Positions 8,162 to 18,542 of a stretch of DNA of 64,000 nucleotides are shown here, piece by piece. Under the pieces are notes generated by a model. That model ran no database searches, had not been told where the DNA came from, and saw only the letters and a list, made by a program, of their open reading frames with translations. A program made the translations under genes and the position numbers. Source of the stretch: a virus (Duplodnaviria; Caudoviricetes); the IMG/VR virus record IMGVR_UViG_3300031857_023573, positions 96,001 through 160,000 of that record. The stretch is one strand, 5' to 3'. The number at the start of each line of letters is the position of its first letter. The stretch's first letter is position 1.

Positions 8162-11100
8162 ATGGGAATTAGGAGCTCTTTTGCTACTGTAGCTGACCAA
8201 ATAACTGCATATAATAAGAATATTGTCGATACATTAACAAAAATTAATGCGCTTACAACTACAAAAGAGCCTTCTGTTGATATTCAAATTATCGATGTTG
8301 AGGGTGTACTTAGAAGCTACAGTCTACCATCTTTTACTTTCTTAAAAACTGAAATTGAAAGACTTAATAATTCTTTGAATTCACTTTACAGTATCGATAC
8401 CGGAGGTGCACTAATTCAAACTACTACAACTAATAAGTTCAAAAAAATAATTACTGTAGACCTAAACAGAGAACCTAACCCTATTAATGATCTTGGTGCA
8501 ATTACTCAATTTAGATCTCAAAAAAACTGGTTCTTTGACTCAATGCTTAATCCAGCTCTTTTTGTTGAGTTTGATTTAAGTGGTAAAATCGAAAATAATG
8601 TAAGAAAAATTCTATCAAGAAGATATATCATTGATTTTTCTAAAGACTCCGATGGTAATTTTACAAATCTAGGTCAGTCTGCTATAAATAGCTTTAATCA
8701 GCTCTATCGTGGTAAAAGTGATATTGATATTCAAGATTTTGAAACTTGGCATAGAACAACACCTGGTGTTGTTAGTCCACTTGAACCAAATTACGATGAA
8801 CAAGTATTTGATATTGACCCTAATTCTGTTTTATTTGATGGGATGTTTAACGTATTAACAATTGAAGAGGATACCTTGAATAGAAAACTTTGGTATCATC
8901 TTAATACCCTTGACTATCTTATAAATGACACACTTGAAATTAGGCAATTATCAATTGATGATGAACTCATAATAAATCAAGAAGTATCTAATACTCGTTA
9001 CAAAGTTGTAGAAATTTCAACTACTGAATCTAATTACAGAATAAGAGTAGAAAGAATTGAAGGTCTTCAACCCATACCGGTTGGTATAGGTACTTTGAAG
9101 ATATACTCACCAGTAGTTTATTCAAAAAGAGTTAAAATTAGTGTTGGATACAATGAGAGAGATGTGATTTTTATTAAACCAATGAATGCCGATAATAATC
9201 TTATGGCAAAAGATTGGTCTAGAGGCACTGGTTTCTACACGAATGATTTAAGATTAGTTTCAAACAGTCCTGAAAATGGTTCTACTATGGAACAATTTTA
9301 CATAGACTATGTTTATGATTACGGTGAAGTTTTACAGGACTTTGTTGCTAAAAAGACACCAAATAAGTTAGCTGGTACGCCTAACATAGCTGTTCTGAAT
9401 ACAGATAATTTTAAAGTTGTTCAAATAAATAAACACCTTACTGATACGCCTGATGCTAACTTAATTAAAGTAAAACACAATTATTCGATTTCTTTAAAAA
9501 ACGAAATTAGACAACTACAAGATGCAATTGATGCGAGAAATACAAAGGCCAAAACAAATCGATTTACATCAAAGGCATCTGAAAATCAATTTAAGTTAGA
9601 AATAAAAGAGCTCGAGAACAAAAAATCTTCTAAGCAAAAGCTTTTAGCAACAACAACTCAAGAGATTATCGATCTATCGAGAACTCCAACCTCAAAGGTT
9701 GAGCCTAAATATAGACTACGTGGTTTCTGGAATATTCCAGAGGCGGTAATAACAAGAGGCACTCTACCTCAGGAAATTGTACAATTTAGAGTTCAATATA
9801 GATATATTTCTAAAGATGGTAGAGAACCAGTAGTTGAGACTTTTAATATTACTCAAAATAATCAACAGAAAACTGCAGCTTTCTCAAACTGGAATGAGTT
9901 TAAAACTGATGTTAGAAAAAGAACACTAGACAAAGCAACGGGTACTTATACTTGGCAAATTGAGGATCTAGAAAGTGCAGACACACCTAATATTAATCAA
10001 ATTGACATCGCTATAAATGTTAACGAAAAGGTTGAGATGAGAGTAAAATCTATTTCAGAAGTTGGTTGGCCAGAGTCTCCAGTTGAATCTGAATGGAGTG
10101 ATATTCTTACAGTTCAGTTTCCAGATGACTTAAATAATGTCTTAAATGATAATGATTTCATATTAAAAGAGGCCTCTAAAGAAGAACTTAAAGTTAGCAT
10201 GCAAACCGAACTTACAGCTAGAGGATTGGATGAACACTTATCTGAGACAGCGGTAATAAACAATAAGACTTTCCATCATACTGCTGAAAAAATTGTTTCT
10301 GGATTTAAAGATGAAAATGGTGTCAATCTAGACCTATTTGAGTATCTAAGTAAACTAGAAAATAGAGTAAGAGCACTCGAAGAAAGAATCAAGAGAGCTA
10401 AAGGTGAACTCGAAGTTGTTATTATTAGAAGTAATCAAGAATTCGTCGTATCTAATAACTCAGAGACAGCTTTCAATGTTGAACTTGAAGAATATCTTGA
10501 AGCATACACAGCGGCCGGCGCACCAACAGGTAGAATATATGAAAACAATGTTTATGTCATAAAAGACTTTGCAATCGTTCTAAGAAACGTAGCTGTTGAT
10601 TCAGCTCTTGGACTTTTATCGAATAGAGATTATGCAGGTTCGAGTATTTATAATACTGCTGCTCCTCAGGTATTCTGGGTTAATAGCCAAGATGAACTTC
10701 TTTTCAGTGACGTGACAGGAACAAGTAAAACTCAACTACCAAATCAGTACATTTGGGCTTTAAATTATGACTCTATTACACAAACTAGTTTGGTAAAATT
10801 AAGTGAGAATATTGGTAACTCATTTACCACATTGAATAATAATTCATTGACTAATGTGCTTAGTCTTACAGAATACAATATAGGATATTCAGATAACTCT
10901 TCATTATCTTTCTTATCTAGCAACAATTCGTTGCTTGATACTTCAAAGTGGGTAGATACTGTTGAAACAGTTGCATCTACTGAGAAACTACTATCAAGTA
11001 TACATCCAGCTATTCCAGATTTGCAAAATCTTGTTGAGTCAAATGAAGATAAAGTTAAGAGTATAGCTGGTGGTCAAGAAGTTATAATACCACTTCACAT

Positions 11101-11326
11101 CTACTTTAAAATGAACTCATTAAACTCAACTAAGACTGGTAAGAACTACGAATATATTGACTTGAATTTGAAACAAAACACAATTAAACATATCAAGAAA
11201 GTTAAATTCTTTGTTGAAGATGAAAGCCAAAATAGGCCATTTATATTTAGTGTGAAATTCACTTTAAATAGAAGTAAAGTTGCATTTGCTTCTAAGCCTA
11301 AGAACTATCAAACAAAAATTAAGTAA
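8162..11326 (+). CDS. Large protein, putative virion structural protein (baseplate/tail region), 1054 aa
   Basis: Size, beta-rich composition, central coiled coils, FN3-like segment (VEMRVKSISEVGWPESPVESEWSD); first gene of a co-oriented large-ORF block. No family recognised. Confidence 0.45.
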   Translation: MGIRSSFATVADQITAYNKNIVDTLTKINALTTTKEPSVDIQIIDVEGVLRSYSLPSFTFLKTEIERLNNSLNSLYSIDTGGALIQTTTTNKFKKIITVDLNREPNPINDLGAITQFRSQKNWFFDSMLNPALFVEFDLSGKIENNVRKILSRRYIIDFSKDSDGNFTNLGQSAINSFNQLYRGKSDIDIQDFETWHRTTPGVVSPLEPNYDEQVFDIDPNSVLFDGMFNVLTIEEDTLNRKLWYHLNTLDYLINDTLEIRQLSIDDELIINQEVSNTRYKVVEISTTESNYRIRVERIEGLQPIPVGIGTLKIYSPVVYSKRVKISVGYNERDVIFIKPMNADNNLMAKDWSRGTGFYTNDLRLVSNSPENGSTMEQFYIDYVYDYGEVLQDFVAKKTPNKLAGTPNIAVLNTDNFKVVQINKHLTDTPDANLIKVKHNYSISLKNEIRQLQDAIDARNTKAKTNRFTSKASENQFKLEIKELENKKSSKQKLLATTTQEIIDLSRTPTSKVEPKYRLRGFWNIPEAVITRGTLPQEIVQFRVQYRYISKDGREPVVETFNITQNNQQKTAAFSNWNEFKTDVRKRTLDKATGTYTWQIEDLESADTPNINQIDIAINVNEKVEMRVKSISEVGWPESPVESEWSDILTVQFPDDLNNVLNDNDFILKEASKEELKVSMQTELTARGLDEHLSETAVINNKTFHHTAEKIVSGFKDENGVNLDLFEYLSKLENRVRALEERIKRAKGELEVVIIRSNQEFVVSNNSETAFNVELEEYLEAYTAAGAPTGRIYENNVYVIKDFAIVLRNVAVDSALGLLSNRDYAGSSIYNTAAPQVFWVNSQDELLFSDVTGTSKTQLPNQYIWALNYDSITQTSLVKLSENIGNSFTTLNNNSLTNVLSLTEYNIGYSDNSSLSFLSSNNSLLDTSKWVDTVETVASTEKLLSSIHPAIPDLQNLVESNEDKVKSIAGGQEVIIPLHIYFKMNSLNSTKTGKNYEYIDLNLKQNTIKHIKKVKFFVEDESQNRPFIFSVKFTLNRSKVAFASKPKNYQTKIK

Positions 11327-11329
11327 TAA

Positions 11330-14300
11330 ATGAAGAGTTTTTCACTTTTAAGAACGAATGTTGGTCTAACTGCCAATGTTAAAGTGGTTTGTGATTCAAA
11401 TTACAATTTGTATCTTGAGAGTATTGATTCTGCTCCGGAATTGTCGATTAGTCGATTAAAGAAAATGCAATTCAACAAAAATAACTTTTTTGACGAATTA
11501 GTGCCTTACTTTTTTAAGGACTTTCCGGTGGATATAGCTTATCAAGTAATTTATTATGAAGATGTTGATAATATGTCTCAAGATTTTGCAAGTCAATATG
11601 ACGACACTTATAACATGGGCGCTAGAAATATAGTTGATAATAAAAATTACCCAGAAGAATACGAATATTTTGCACCACTATATGTTTTTAAGGCTCAAAT
11701 TCCAAAATATTTTATAATTTTTAGAGTAGATGGACCTGGTCTTGAAGATTTAGATCAATCTAATTTCAGACAAGATTTTTTAAAAAAATTCAAAACAGTT
11801 AAGATTTTTGACTTGACTAAAAACACAGCACTTGGCGAGTGGATAGAGAGAAATTTCAAAAACAATATCTCTTTTCCAAACTCATCTCTTGAAATAGACT
11901 TCAGAAATTTAGAATTTTCAAAATGGATAGGTATTGACTATGAAACTGGTGGATTTACATACAAGTCTAGTTTTTTAGAAAACTCGCTTGAAAATGAGAA
12001 TACACTTTTTGATTTTGAAAGATTTTTCTTTGATGGATATCGAGTAAACAAACTTATACATCCTCAAATTGTAAACTTTTCTTTCCTATTTGATGATACA
12101 CCAGCAACACCAAACAATTTAAGAAAATGGTCACTAAATAGATATTCGGGGTTTTATCTAGATGATTTGGAATTAATTGATACTATCACACCATTTACAT
12201 CTCCTAGACTTAAAACAGATGTGGAAATATTAGAAGAGAATGTCTTGTATTCACCATCTGGTGACCCATTTGAATTTGGGTTTCAAGATGGTCAAGATAA
12301 CTGGGTAGAATGGAGAGGTAACTTTTACAAAGTTGAAAAATTTACCGAAAAAACTGAAAATGTTCTATCAAAAACTATAAGTAAAAACACACCGAAAAGA
12401 ACACTTAATAGAAACGTTAAAAAGACCTCTGTTTCTAAATCTCTAGGTCAGGAAACACTTCAAATAGAAGGTTATAATACTGTAGAAACTGTTAAATATA
12501 GAATTATTTCAGAATACGAATTAGTAGGTCTAGAGTCTGAATTAAATCAAAAAACTTGCTACGTTGACCAAAATTGTCTAATTTTAAGACTAGATGGTAC
12601 AAATTATGTGGTTGACGAATTTGATTTTGCTGATATCAACGTGATTCAAATTGGGGATAGATTTCACAATTTAATACTTGATGAAGACGGAAATCTTAAA
12701 ATTTTATCAGATTATGGATTTCTCTGGTCTCAAAATTATAGATTTGAATATTTCATAAATGGTGCACAACCAGGATATAACAACATTATTGATTTAGAGA
12801 TTAAAACTGGTAATAATCCATTTGGCTTTAAAATTTACAGATTGAAGTTTACTGATATTAAGGATTTTGACACCAATATTGTTGATACCGAGTTTTCAAA
12901 ATTTGAATACGAAAAGCTTGATGATGTCACACTTACTGAAGAACCAAAGATGTATACTACAGATTTGAGAGTAAATTCAAATCCAGCTCCTTTTAATGAC
13001 TACTTCTACAAAGATCAAGTTTATAACATGCCTTGTTCGTCTGACTATACTGCAAACTTAGAGACATTCAGAATAGTCGATGGTGATCTTAGCGAACTCT
13101 GGAGAATGAATCCGGTACATTGTAGATTTGGATATCAAGGTTCGATCTCCACTGGAGATTATCCATATTTATTGAATAATAATGATATACATGAGAATTT
13201 TAATAGAAGTGCTGATACTTTTGAATCAGTTCCTAATAGAAGAGTGAGAAACTTGGATTATTTCTATTCAATAAATTCTGGCGACCCATCTTACTTACAT
13301 CATTCACTACATATTGAAAGAAATTATGAAAACATTCAAGATACTTCTTTTAGATTTGAAGTAGATAAGTATTTAAATTTACACAATTATACACCAAGTG
13401 GTGGTACTATTTCAACTACTTATTCTTCAGATTATTTTAGTTACTTTTTCGGAAGTACGCAAAGTTTTTTGAACGGTCAAATTCTCAAAAAAGTAGAAAA
13501 GTGGTCTTTATTCGATAAGGGTGACAAGGCAAACCCAAATACAACATTATTCAAAGGACTTAAATTTAAGATTTTTGAAGTAGAGAAAATTATAAAAGGA
13601 GACCTATCACTTGATGAGGTCAACCTTTTTACTTCAAATTCTTTTGAGGACTATAAATTTTCTGTATTATTAAGTCAGAATTTACAAGGTGTTGATATTA
13701 ATGGTGAACTTTACGATACCGTAGAATGGGGAGAATTTCAAGCTATTCAGGATAATTTTGGATTTTTATCGTTTAGAACTTCTGATAGTGCAACACCATC
13801 AAATGTTGTAGTAGGTGATAGAGTTAAGATTAAGCAGTACTATCCAAAAATGGAATTTACTTATGATGACTTAGCAACTGTCACTCATGTAGGTACACTA
13901 AGTTATGGTGGTTATGGATTTGAAACTAATAAAGAGTTTTTATTTACAACTGCTAGTGTAGGTGGTTCAACTGGCAGTGGTACTACTTTTAGCATAGACG
14001 TTGGATCTGCCTATAGTGCATTTCCGAACATAGTAATTAGTCTAACTGTCTTTGCTGGCCATGGTGTTACAAGTCCAACTGATTTCACTATTATAGACTT
14101 GAATACATCTAGTGGACCAGCTACTGACTGGATTGGACAAACTTTAAACTTTTCACCATTCAGTCCAACTCAACTTATTGCTACTACTGCTTTACCTCTT
14201 TCAACAAATGCATTCACAGATGGTGTATTGGGTGACATAGGAGTTTCAGCAAGTGTAATTCAAACACCAACTGCATCAAATACTAGTGGTTATTACAGTG

Positions 14301-16009
14301 TAAATTTTGAGTGGAAAGTTATTAGAAATTGGGAATTAGATACTCAATATTACACAAACGATTATGTATTATATGATGACGTTCTTTATAGAGTCACTAA
14401 TAATAGTTTAGTTGAGGATCCTAATGAAGATCCCACGACTTTGACTGGTTTTTATACAGCAACAACATCAAAACAACCCTTTTGGTCACCAAATGCATCT
14501 TATGCTGAGGGTGATTGGTGTTTTAGACAAGGTGATTTTTATGTAAGAACTAGTGTTGGAGATGGAATAGATTTTTATAATACAGTCAGTCTTTATCAAC
14601 CAGGTGATATAATTAATTGGAAAGGTAGATTTTATGAGTCTAAACTAGAGTCTATAAAAAAGACACCTCAGAAAAATAAGAGAAATAATTTTATATCTGA
14701 AGATTTTGAAAAGTATTGGATAGAAGTTCCAAATCCAAAAGAATGGTATGCTATAAATAGTCTACAAGATTTTACACCTCCATCTAATAGATGGGAACCA
14801 ATTCCAATTTGGGATCCAGCATCTGAATACTCACAGAATCAATATGTTGTTTATGACGAATCACTTTATCAAGCAAATAGTAATATCCTACAGGTAGAAG
14901 GTGACGGAATAACTGATAGCTTTCAGACACCTGATGTCAACACACTATGGACTAGAATTTTTAGCTTTAGACAAGACTCGGAAGCTCAATATTCACCAGT
15001 CAATAACTCAGTGATTAGAATTGGAGAGAGTTATTATTTAAATACTTTTAGTAGTGGCAGCACACTTGATAGTGGTATTACAATTTACATAAATAAAAAA
15101 TGGAAAAATATACTAGTAAACATAAATATAAATGACGGAACTACTTTAAATATTGATAATTCTATAAGAGATCTATTATATAAAGACATAAATACCAGAC
15201 TTACCGCCGCTTCATTTATAAGACAATTCAATGATTTAGATACTAAGTATGACTTTGCAGATTATACATCATACGTAATAATTGAAGAAGATGGTACTAT
15301 TTCAAAGTATAATTTCAATAATGATATAGAAAATTTACCCTATTTACTTCTATGTGAAGAGCCTGATCAGTTTGAATTGAAAAATAATACTTTAAGTTAT
15401 TCACCTATTAATATTCCTTCAACCGAAATAAAATCAATAAGATATCTTGTAAATGGTAAAATCGATAGTATAGAAAGACTTAACTATTATAATGAAATTC
15501 CACTCGCTTGTGAGATTGAAAGAAATGTTGATGAAATTGGATTTGGTAAAAACTATAATGGCAGGAGAGATATTACAGTATCAAGAGATGCTAGTGTTAA
15601 ACCAAAAAGTAATGCCAATATATCCGAAACTTTTTTTAGACACAGTGGTAACTATATGCCAATATTCTATGACTTGCAACTTTTCAAACCAATTGGTGAG
15701 TTCGATACAAATTATGGCAACTATAAATTTGATGAGAACTTAACATTTTTTGGAATAATGCGTCAGAGAATCATTACAAAAGTAAATAGAAAAGAAAATA
15801 TACTTAAACTTAGAAATAATGATAGTTTAAAGTCAATATATCCAATGTTAGACGAATTCGGATATACAGTTCTTGACTTCTTTATATTCAAGTCAACTTG
15901 GGATTATTTTTATCACGTAGAGTGTTTGAATTTGAATATTAACTTACCTATTATTGATAAGAAGCTGATCTTTAATAGATTCAAAAATAAAGAAATAACT
16001 AGAAAGTAA
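11330..16009 (+). CDS. Large protein, putative virion structural protein with four CBM5/12-like aromatic repeats, 1559 aa
   Basis: Repeats such as WSPNASYAEGDWCFRQGDFY and WDPASEYSQNQYVVYDESLYQA at about 14330-14880. Confidence 0.5.
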   Translation: MKSFSLLRTNVGLTANVKVVCDSNYNLYLESIDSAPELSISRLKKMQFNKNNFFDELVPYFFKDFPVDIAYQVIYYEDVDNMSQDFASQYDDTYNMGARNIVDNKNYPEEYEYFAPLYVFKAQIPKYFIIFRVDGPGLEDLDQSNFRQDFLKKFKTVKIFDLTKNTALGEWIERNFKNNISFPNSSLEIDFRNLEFSKWIGIDYETGGFTYKSSFLENSLENENTLFDFERFFFDGYRVNKLIHPQIVNFSFLFDDTPATPNNLRKWSLNRYSGFYLDDLELIDTITPFTSPRLKTDVEILEENVLYSPSGDPFEFGFQDGQDNWVEWRGNFYKVEKFTEKTENVLSKTISKNTPKRTLNRNVKKTSVSKSLGQETLQIEGYNTVETVKYRIISEYELVGLESELNQKTCYVDQNCLILRLDGTNYVVDEFDFADINVIQIGDRFHNLILDEDGNLKILSDYGFLWSQNYRFEYFINGAQPGYNNIIDLEIKTGNNPFGFKIYRLKFTDIKDFDTNIVDTEFSKFEYEKLDDVTLTEEPKMYTTDLRVNSNPAPFNDYFYKDQVYNMPCSSDYTANLETFRIVDGDLSELWRMNPVHCRFGYQGSISTGDYPYLLNNNDIHENFNRSADTFESVPNRRVRNLDYFYSINSGDPSYLHHSLHIERNYENIQDTSFRFEVDKYLNLHNYTPSGGTISTTYSSDYFSYFFGSTQSFLNGQILKKVEKWSLFDKGDKANPNTTLFKGLKFKIFEVEKIIKGDLSLDEVNLFTSNSFEDYKFSVLLSQNLQGVDINGELYDTVEWGEFQAIQDNFGFLSFRTSDSATPSNVVVGDRVKIKQYYPKMEFTYDDLATVTHVGTLSYGGYGFETNKEFLFTTASVGGSTGSGTTFSIDVGSAYSAFPNIVISLTVFAGHGVTSPTDFTIIDLNTSSGPATDWIGQTLNFSPFSPTQLIATTALPLSTNAFTDGVLGDIGVSASVIQTPTASNTSGYYSVNFEWKVIRNWELDTQYYTNDYVLYDDVLYRVTNNSLVEDPNEDPTTLTGFYTATTSKQPFWSPNASYAEGDWCFRQGDFYVRTSVGDGIDFYNTVSLYQPGDIINWKGRFYESKLESIKKTPQKNKRNNFISEDFEKYWIEVPNPKEWYAINSLQDFTPPSNRWEPIPIWDPASEYSQNQYVVYDESLYQANSNILQVEGDGITDSFQTPDVNTLWTRIFSFRQDSEAQYSPVNNSVIRIGESYYLNTFSSGSTLDSGITIYINKKWKNILVNININDGTTLNIDNSIRDLLYKDINTRLTAASFIRQFNDLDTKYDFADYTSYVIIEEDGTISKYNFNNDIENLPYLLLCEEPDQFELKNNTLSYSPINIPSTEIKSIRYLVNGKIDSIERLNYYNEIPLACEIERNVDEIGFGKNYNGRRDITVSRDASVKPKSNANISETFFRHSGNYMPIFYDLQLFKPIGEFDTNYGNYKFDENLTFFGIMRQRIITKVNRKENILKLRNNDSLKSIYPMLDEFGYTVLDFFIFKSTWDYFYHVECLNLNINLPIIDKKLIFNRFKNKEITRK

Positions 16010-16707
16010 TGAGAAGAACATACATTTCACCAGAATTTGATTATAAAAAGGTATTTGGTACTTTTAATATGAAAGAGGAGTCTAGTTTTTTTGGTTCAAA
16101 AATGTTAGAAATTGAAGACTCATTGCAACTTCAAGATCAATCAATTGTTTACTATCAAAATTCAAAAGGTGAACAAATAGATTTAGATATAGAAAAATTA
16201 TCACCACCCATCGTCTATAGTGTTTCAGAAGATTTCAAGGCAAATCACACGTTAGTTTTAGATGATTCACAATCTGATTTTTTAAGAAATACTACTACAA
16301 GATACATCTTAACTATAAATCTAGAAACAATTTTAGAAAACTTTTTATTTGCTACTCTAAAGCAATATAGAACTTTTGACGGTGTTAAAAGTAGCATGTG
16401 TTATAGTGGTGATATAAACTTTTCATTGAAACAATATGTTATAAAAAATGTTGTTGATAGATATAAATTTGATAGAGTAGAACTTTATTTAAATTATGTT
16501 GATTTGAGAGATCAAAACATCAGAAGATATAACAACACTTGGGCAATTAATCCATCAGCTATTAGCATTGAATCAAACAAGTTAAAGAATGTTCAGACTG
16601 AGACTGAATATGATTTTTCTTCAATAAGACTGACTTTCAATCAACAAAAAAGTAGTCAGCTTTTTTCATTTGAATATTACTTCAAACTTTTCTGGGAAAA
16701 ATTATAA
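16009..16707 (+). CDS. Hypothetical protein (232 aa), probably structural module
   Basis: ORF track; TAATG coupling to the upstream gene. Confidence 0.65.
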   Translation: MRRTYISPEFDYKKVFGTFNMKEESSFFGSKMLEIEDSLQLQDQSIVYYQNSKGEQIDLDIEKLSPPIVYSVSEDFKANHTLVLDDSQSDFLRNTTTRYILTINLETILENFLFATLKQYRTFDGVKSSMCYSGDINFSLKQYVIKNVVDRYKFDRVELYLNYVDLRDQNIRRYNNTWAINPSAISIESNKLKNVQTETEYDFSSIRLTFNQQKSSQLFSFEYYFKLFWEKL

Positions 16708-16715
16708 ATTTATAT

Positions 16716-17084
16716 ATGGGTGATCTCACAAATATAAATTTACTAATATTATTTAAAATATTTAAAGATAGACCACATCATTTATCTAGATTCCTTATTG
16801 AGAATGGTGCTTTTAATCAGAGTTTCCTTGATAGACTTAATAAAAACGGAAAATTGTCAGAAATAAAAAATATTGAAGAAATAAAAAAAGACTTTGATAA
16901 TATTGATGATATGAAGGAATTTTATTCTTCATTAATTAACTCACAAACACCTAGAAAAAAGACTAGTTCTGAAATAACTACAGAAATTAATACTAAAATT
17001 TCGACTGCCATAAGTAATGAAAATTATGAAGAAGCTGCCAGACTTAGAGATTTTCTCAATAAATTAAATCAAAAAAAAAAATAA
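16716..17084 (+). CDS. Protein with C-terminal UVR (UvrB/C) motif
   Basis: AISNENYEEAARLRDFLNKL matches the UVR coiled-coil consensus. Confidence 0.65.
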   Translation: MGDLTNINLLILFKIFKDRPHHLSRFLIENGAFNQSFLDRLNKNGKLSEIKNIEEIKKDFDNIDDMKEFYSSLINSQTPRKKTSSEITTEINTKISTAISNENYEEAARLRDFLNKLNQKKK

Positions 17085-17152
17085 TAAGTGAGTTAAAAAC
17101 TTATGACTTAACTGGACTATAAACACTAATTAATCTTTTAAAAAATAAAAAT

Positions 17153-18268
17153 ATGTTAGAATTAGAAGTAGAAACACAAGAAATTGTTGAAAATGAAACG
17201 GACTTTTGGACCCGACTAGAATATGAAGAAGCCAAAAGACGTGGTAAAAAAGTAAAAACAACTGATCCAGAGTTATTGAGACTTGAAAAAATATATGATG
17301 AATTTATTTATCAAATCCCAGTAAAGAATTCAATCGTCAACGCGAAGTATGAAGGCGTGATATCAAATCAACACTGTTTTTCAGTTGTTGGATATAAAGA
17401 CTATATTCGAGTTGAAGAAAGGGCATCTGAAAGTAAGTATTTGAAAAATACTAATGAAGGAGACATGATTGACGTTTTGATTACACATGTTAATAATGAT
17501 ATCTTTATGATTGAAGGTTCAATTGCGAATATTTACGAAAATGCAGCACACCTATCACTCAAGTCACTTGATGAAGATGTGGTTATTATGGCAAATGTGA
17601 AGTCAATAAATCCAGCTGGATATGATATTGAAATCGTACACGAAGGAATTACACTTCCTGGTTTTATGCCAAACACACTTGCAGGTATAAATAAACTTTA
17701 TGATCCAGATTCAATCGTTGGTAAAACATTTGAAGTTATGGTTGAATCTTTCTCAAAAGAAGAAGGTACTTATATTGTAAGTCGTCGTAAATATTTGAGA
17801 ACCTTAATCGCAGATGCTATTGACTCACTTAATCGTGATGAAGTTTACACAGGTCACGTAACCGGGACAACTCCTTTTGGAATCTTTGTTGAATTCAATG
17901 AGTGTTTGACTGGTATGATCCACAAGGCTAATGTTCTTGAAGAATGGCAAGACCGACTCTCTGAAATTAAACCAGGTACTCAAATACAGTTTTATGTAAA
18001 AGAAATTGTAAAAGAGAAAATTATCCTGACTCAAATTCTAAGAGAAACCCTTTGGGACACTATTAAAAACGGTCAAGTACTTGATGGCATGGTACGAGAT
18101 ATCAAACAATTTGGTGTACTTGTATCGCTAGATCAGGAAACTATGGGACTTATTCACACATCAGAGCTTGAAAGACTTGGTAAGAAATTCCAAGACAAAC
18201 AAGAACTAAAAGTTAAAGTTCTGGCAGTAGACCGTCAAAATAGAAAGATTTTCTTGACAGTCGCCTAA
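17153..18268 (+). CDS. rpsA: Ribosomal protein bS1-like, about four S1 domains (371 aa)
   Basis: S1 repeats GFMPNT.., YTGHVTGTTPFGIFVEF..GMIHKANV, GMVRDIKQFGVLV..GLIHTSEL..VKVLAVDRQNRKIFLT; IVSRRKYL linker. Confidence 0.85.
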   Translation: MLELEVETQEIVENETDFWTRLEYEEAKRRGKKVKTTDPELLRLEKIYDEFIYQIPVKNSIVNAKYEGVISNQHCFSVVGYKDYIRVEERASESKYLKNTNEGDMIDVLITHVNNDIFMIEGSIANIYENAAHLSLKSLDEDVVIMANVKSINPAGYDIEIVHEGITLPGFMPNTLAGINKLYDPDSIVGKTFEVMVESFSKEEGTYIVSRRKYLRTLIADAIDSLNRDEVYTGHVTGTTPFGIFVEFNECLTGMIHKANVLEEWQDRLSEIKPGTQIQFYVKEIVKEKIILTQILRETLWDTIKNGQVLDGMVRDIKQFGVLVSLDQETMGLIHTSELERLGKKFQDKQELKVKVLAVDRQNRKIFLTVA

Positions 18269-18286
18269 TCACAGTTAAGTAAAAAT

Positions 18287-18316
18287 AAAAAAACCAGTCA
18301 TATGACTGGTTTTTTT
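18287..18316. terminator. Bidirectional rho-independent terminator
   Basis: AAAAAAACCAGTCA-TA-TGACTGGTTTTTTT between convergent genes. Confidence 0.8.
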
Positions 18317-18317
18317 A

Positions 18318-18482
18318 TTAAAATTCAATTTTTGAATTCTTTCTGGAATATGTTTTTTTACTTTTAAAAGTCTGATTTTTAAAAATATTATATTTACCAC
18401 AGGCAATCAATTCAGATCTGTGACGAGATTTTTCTGACTTAATAATTTGTTGTTTTGATATTGTAATTTTAGAAGCAGTCAT
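18318..18482 (-). CDS. Small basic protein (54 aa) with FKSKKTYSRK tail
   Basis: ATG 18482 preferred over track start 18524 because a full TTTG-N20-TATATTTG promoter lies at 18505-18536. Confidence 0.65.
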   Translation of the reverse strand: MTASKITISKQQIIKSEKSRHRSELIACGKYNIFKNQTFKSKKTYSRKNSKIEF

Positions 18483-18504
18483 TTTATACTTGTAATTTAT
18501 TTTA

Positions 18505-18536
18505 CAAATATAAAGAAGAAACAATAAAAGTACAAA
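18505..18536 (-). promoter_or_regulatory. Bacteroidota-type promoter (-33 TTTG, -7 TATATTTG)
   Basis: TTTG 18533-18536, 20-nt spacer, TATATTTG 18505-18512. Confidence 0.65.
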
Positions 18537-18542
18537 TAATTT

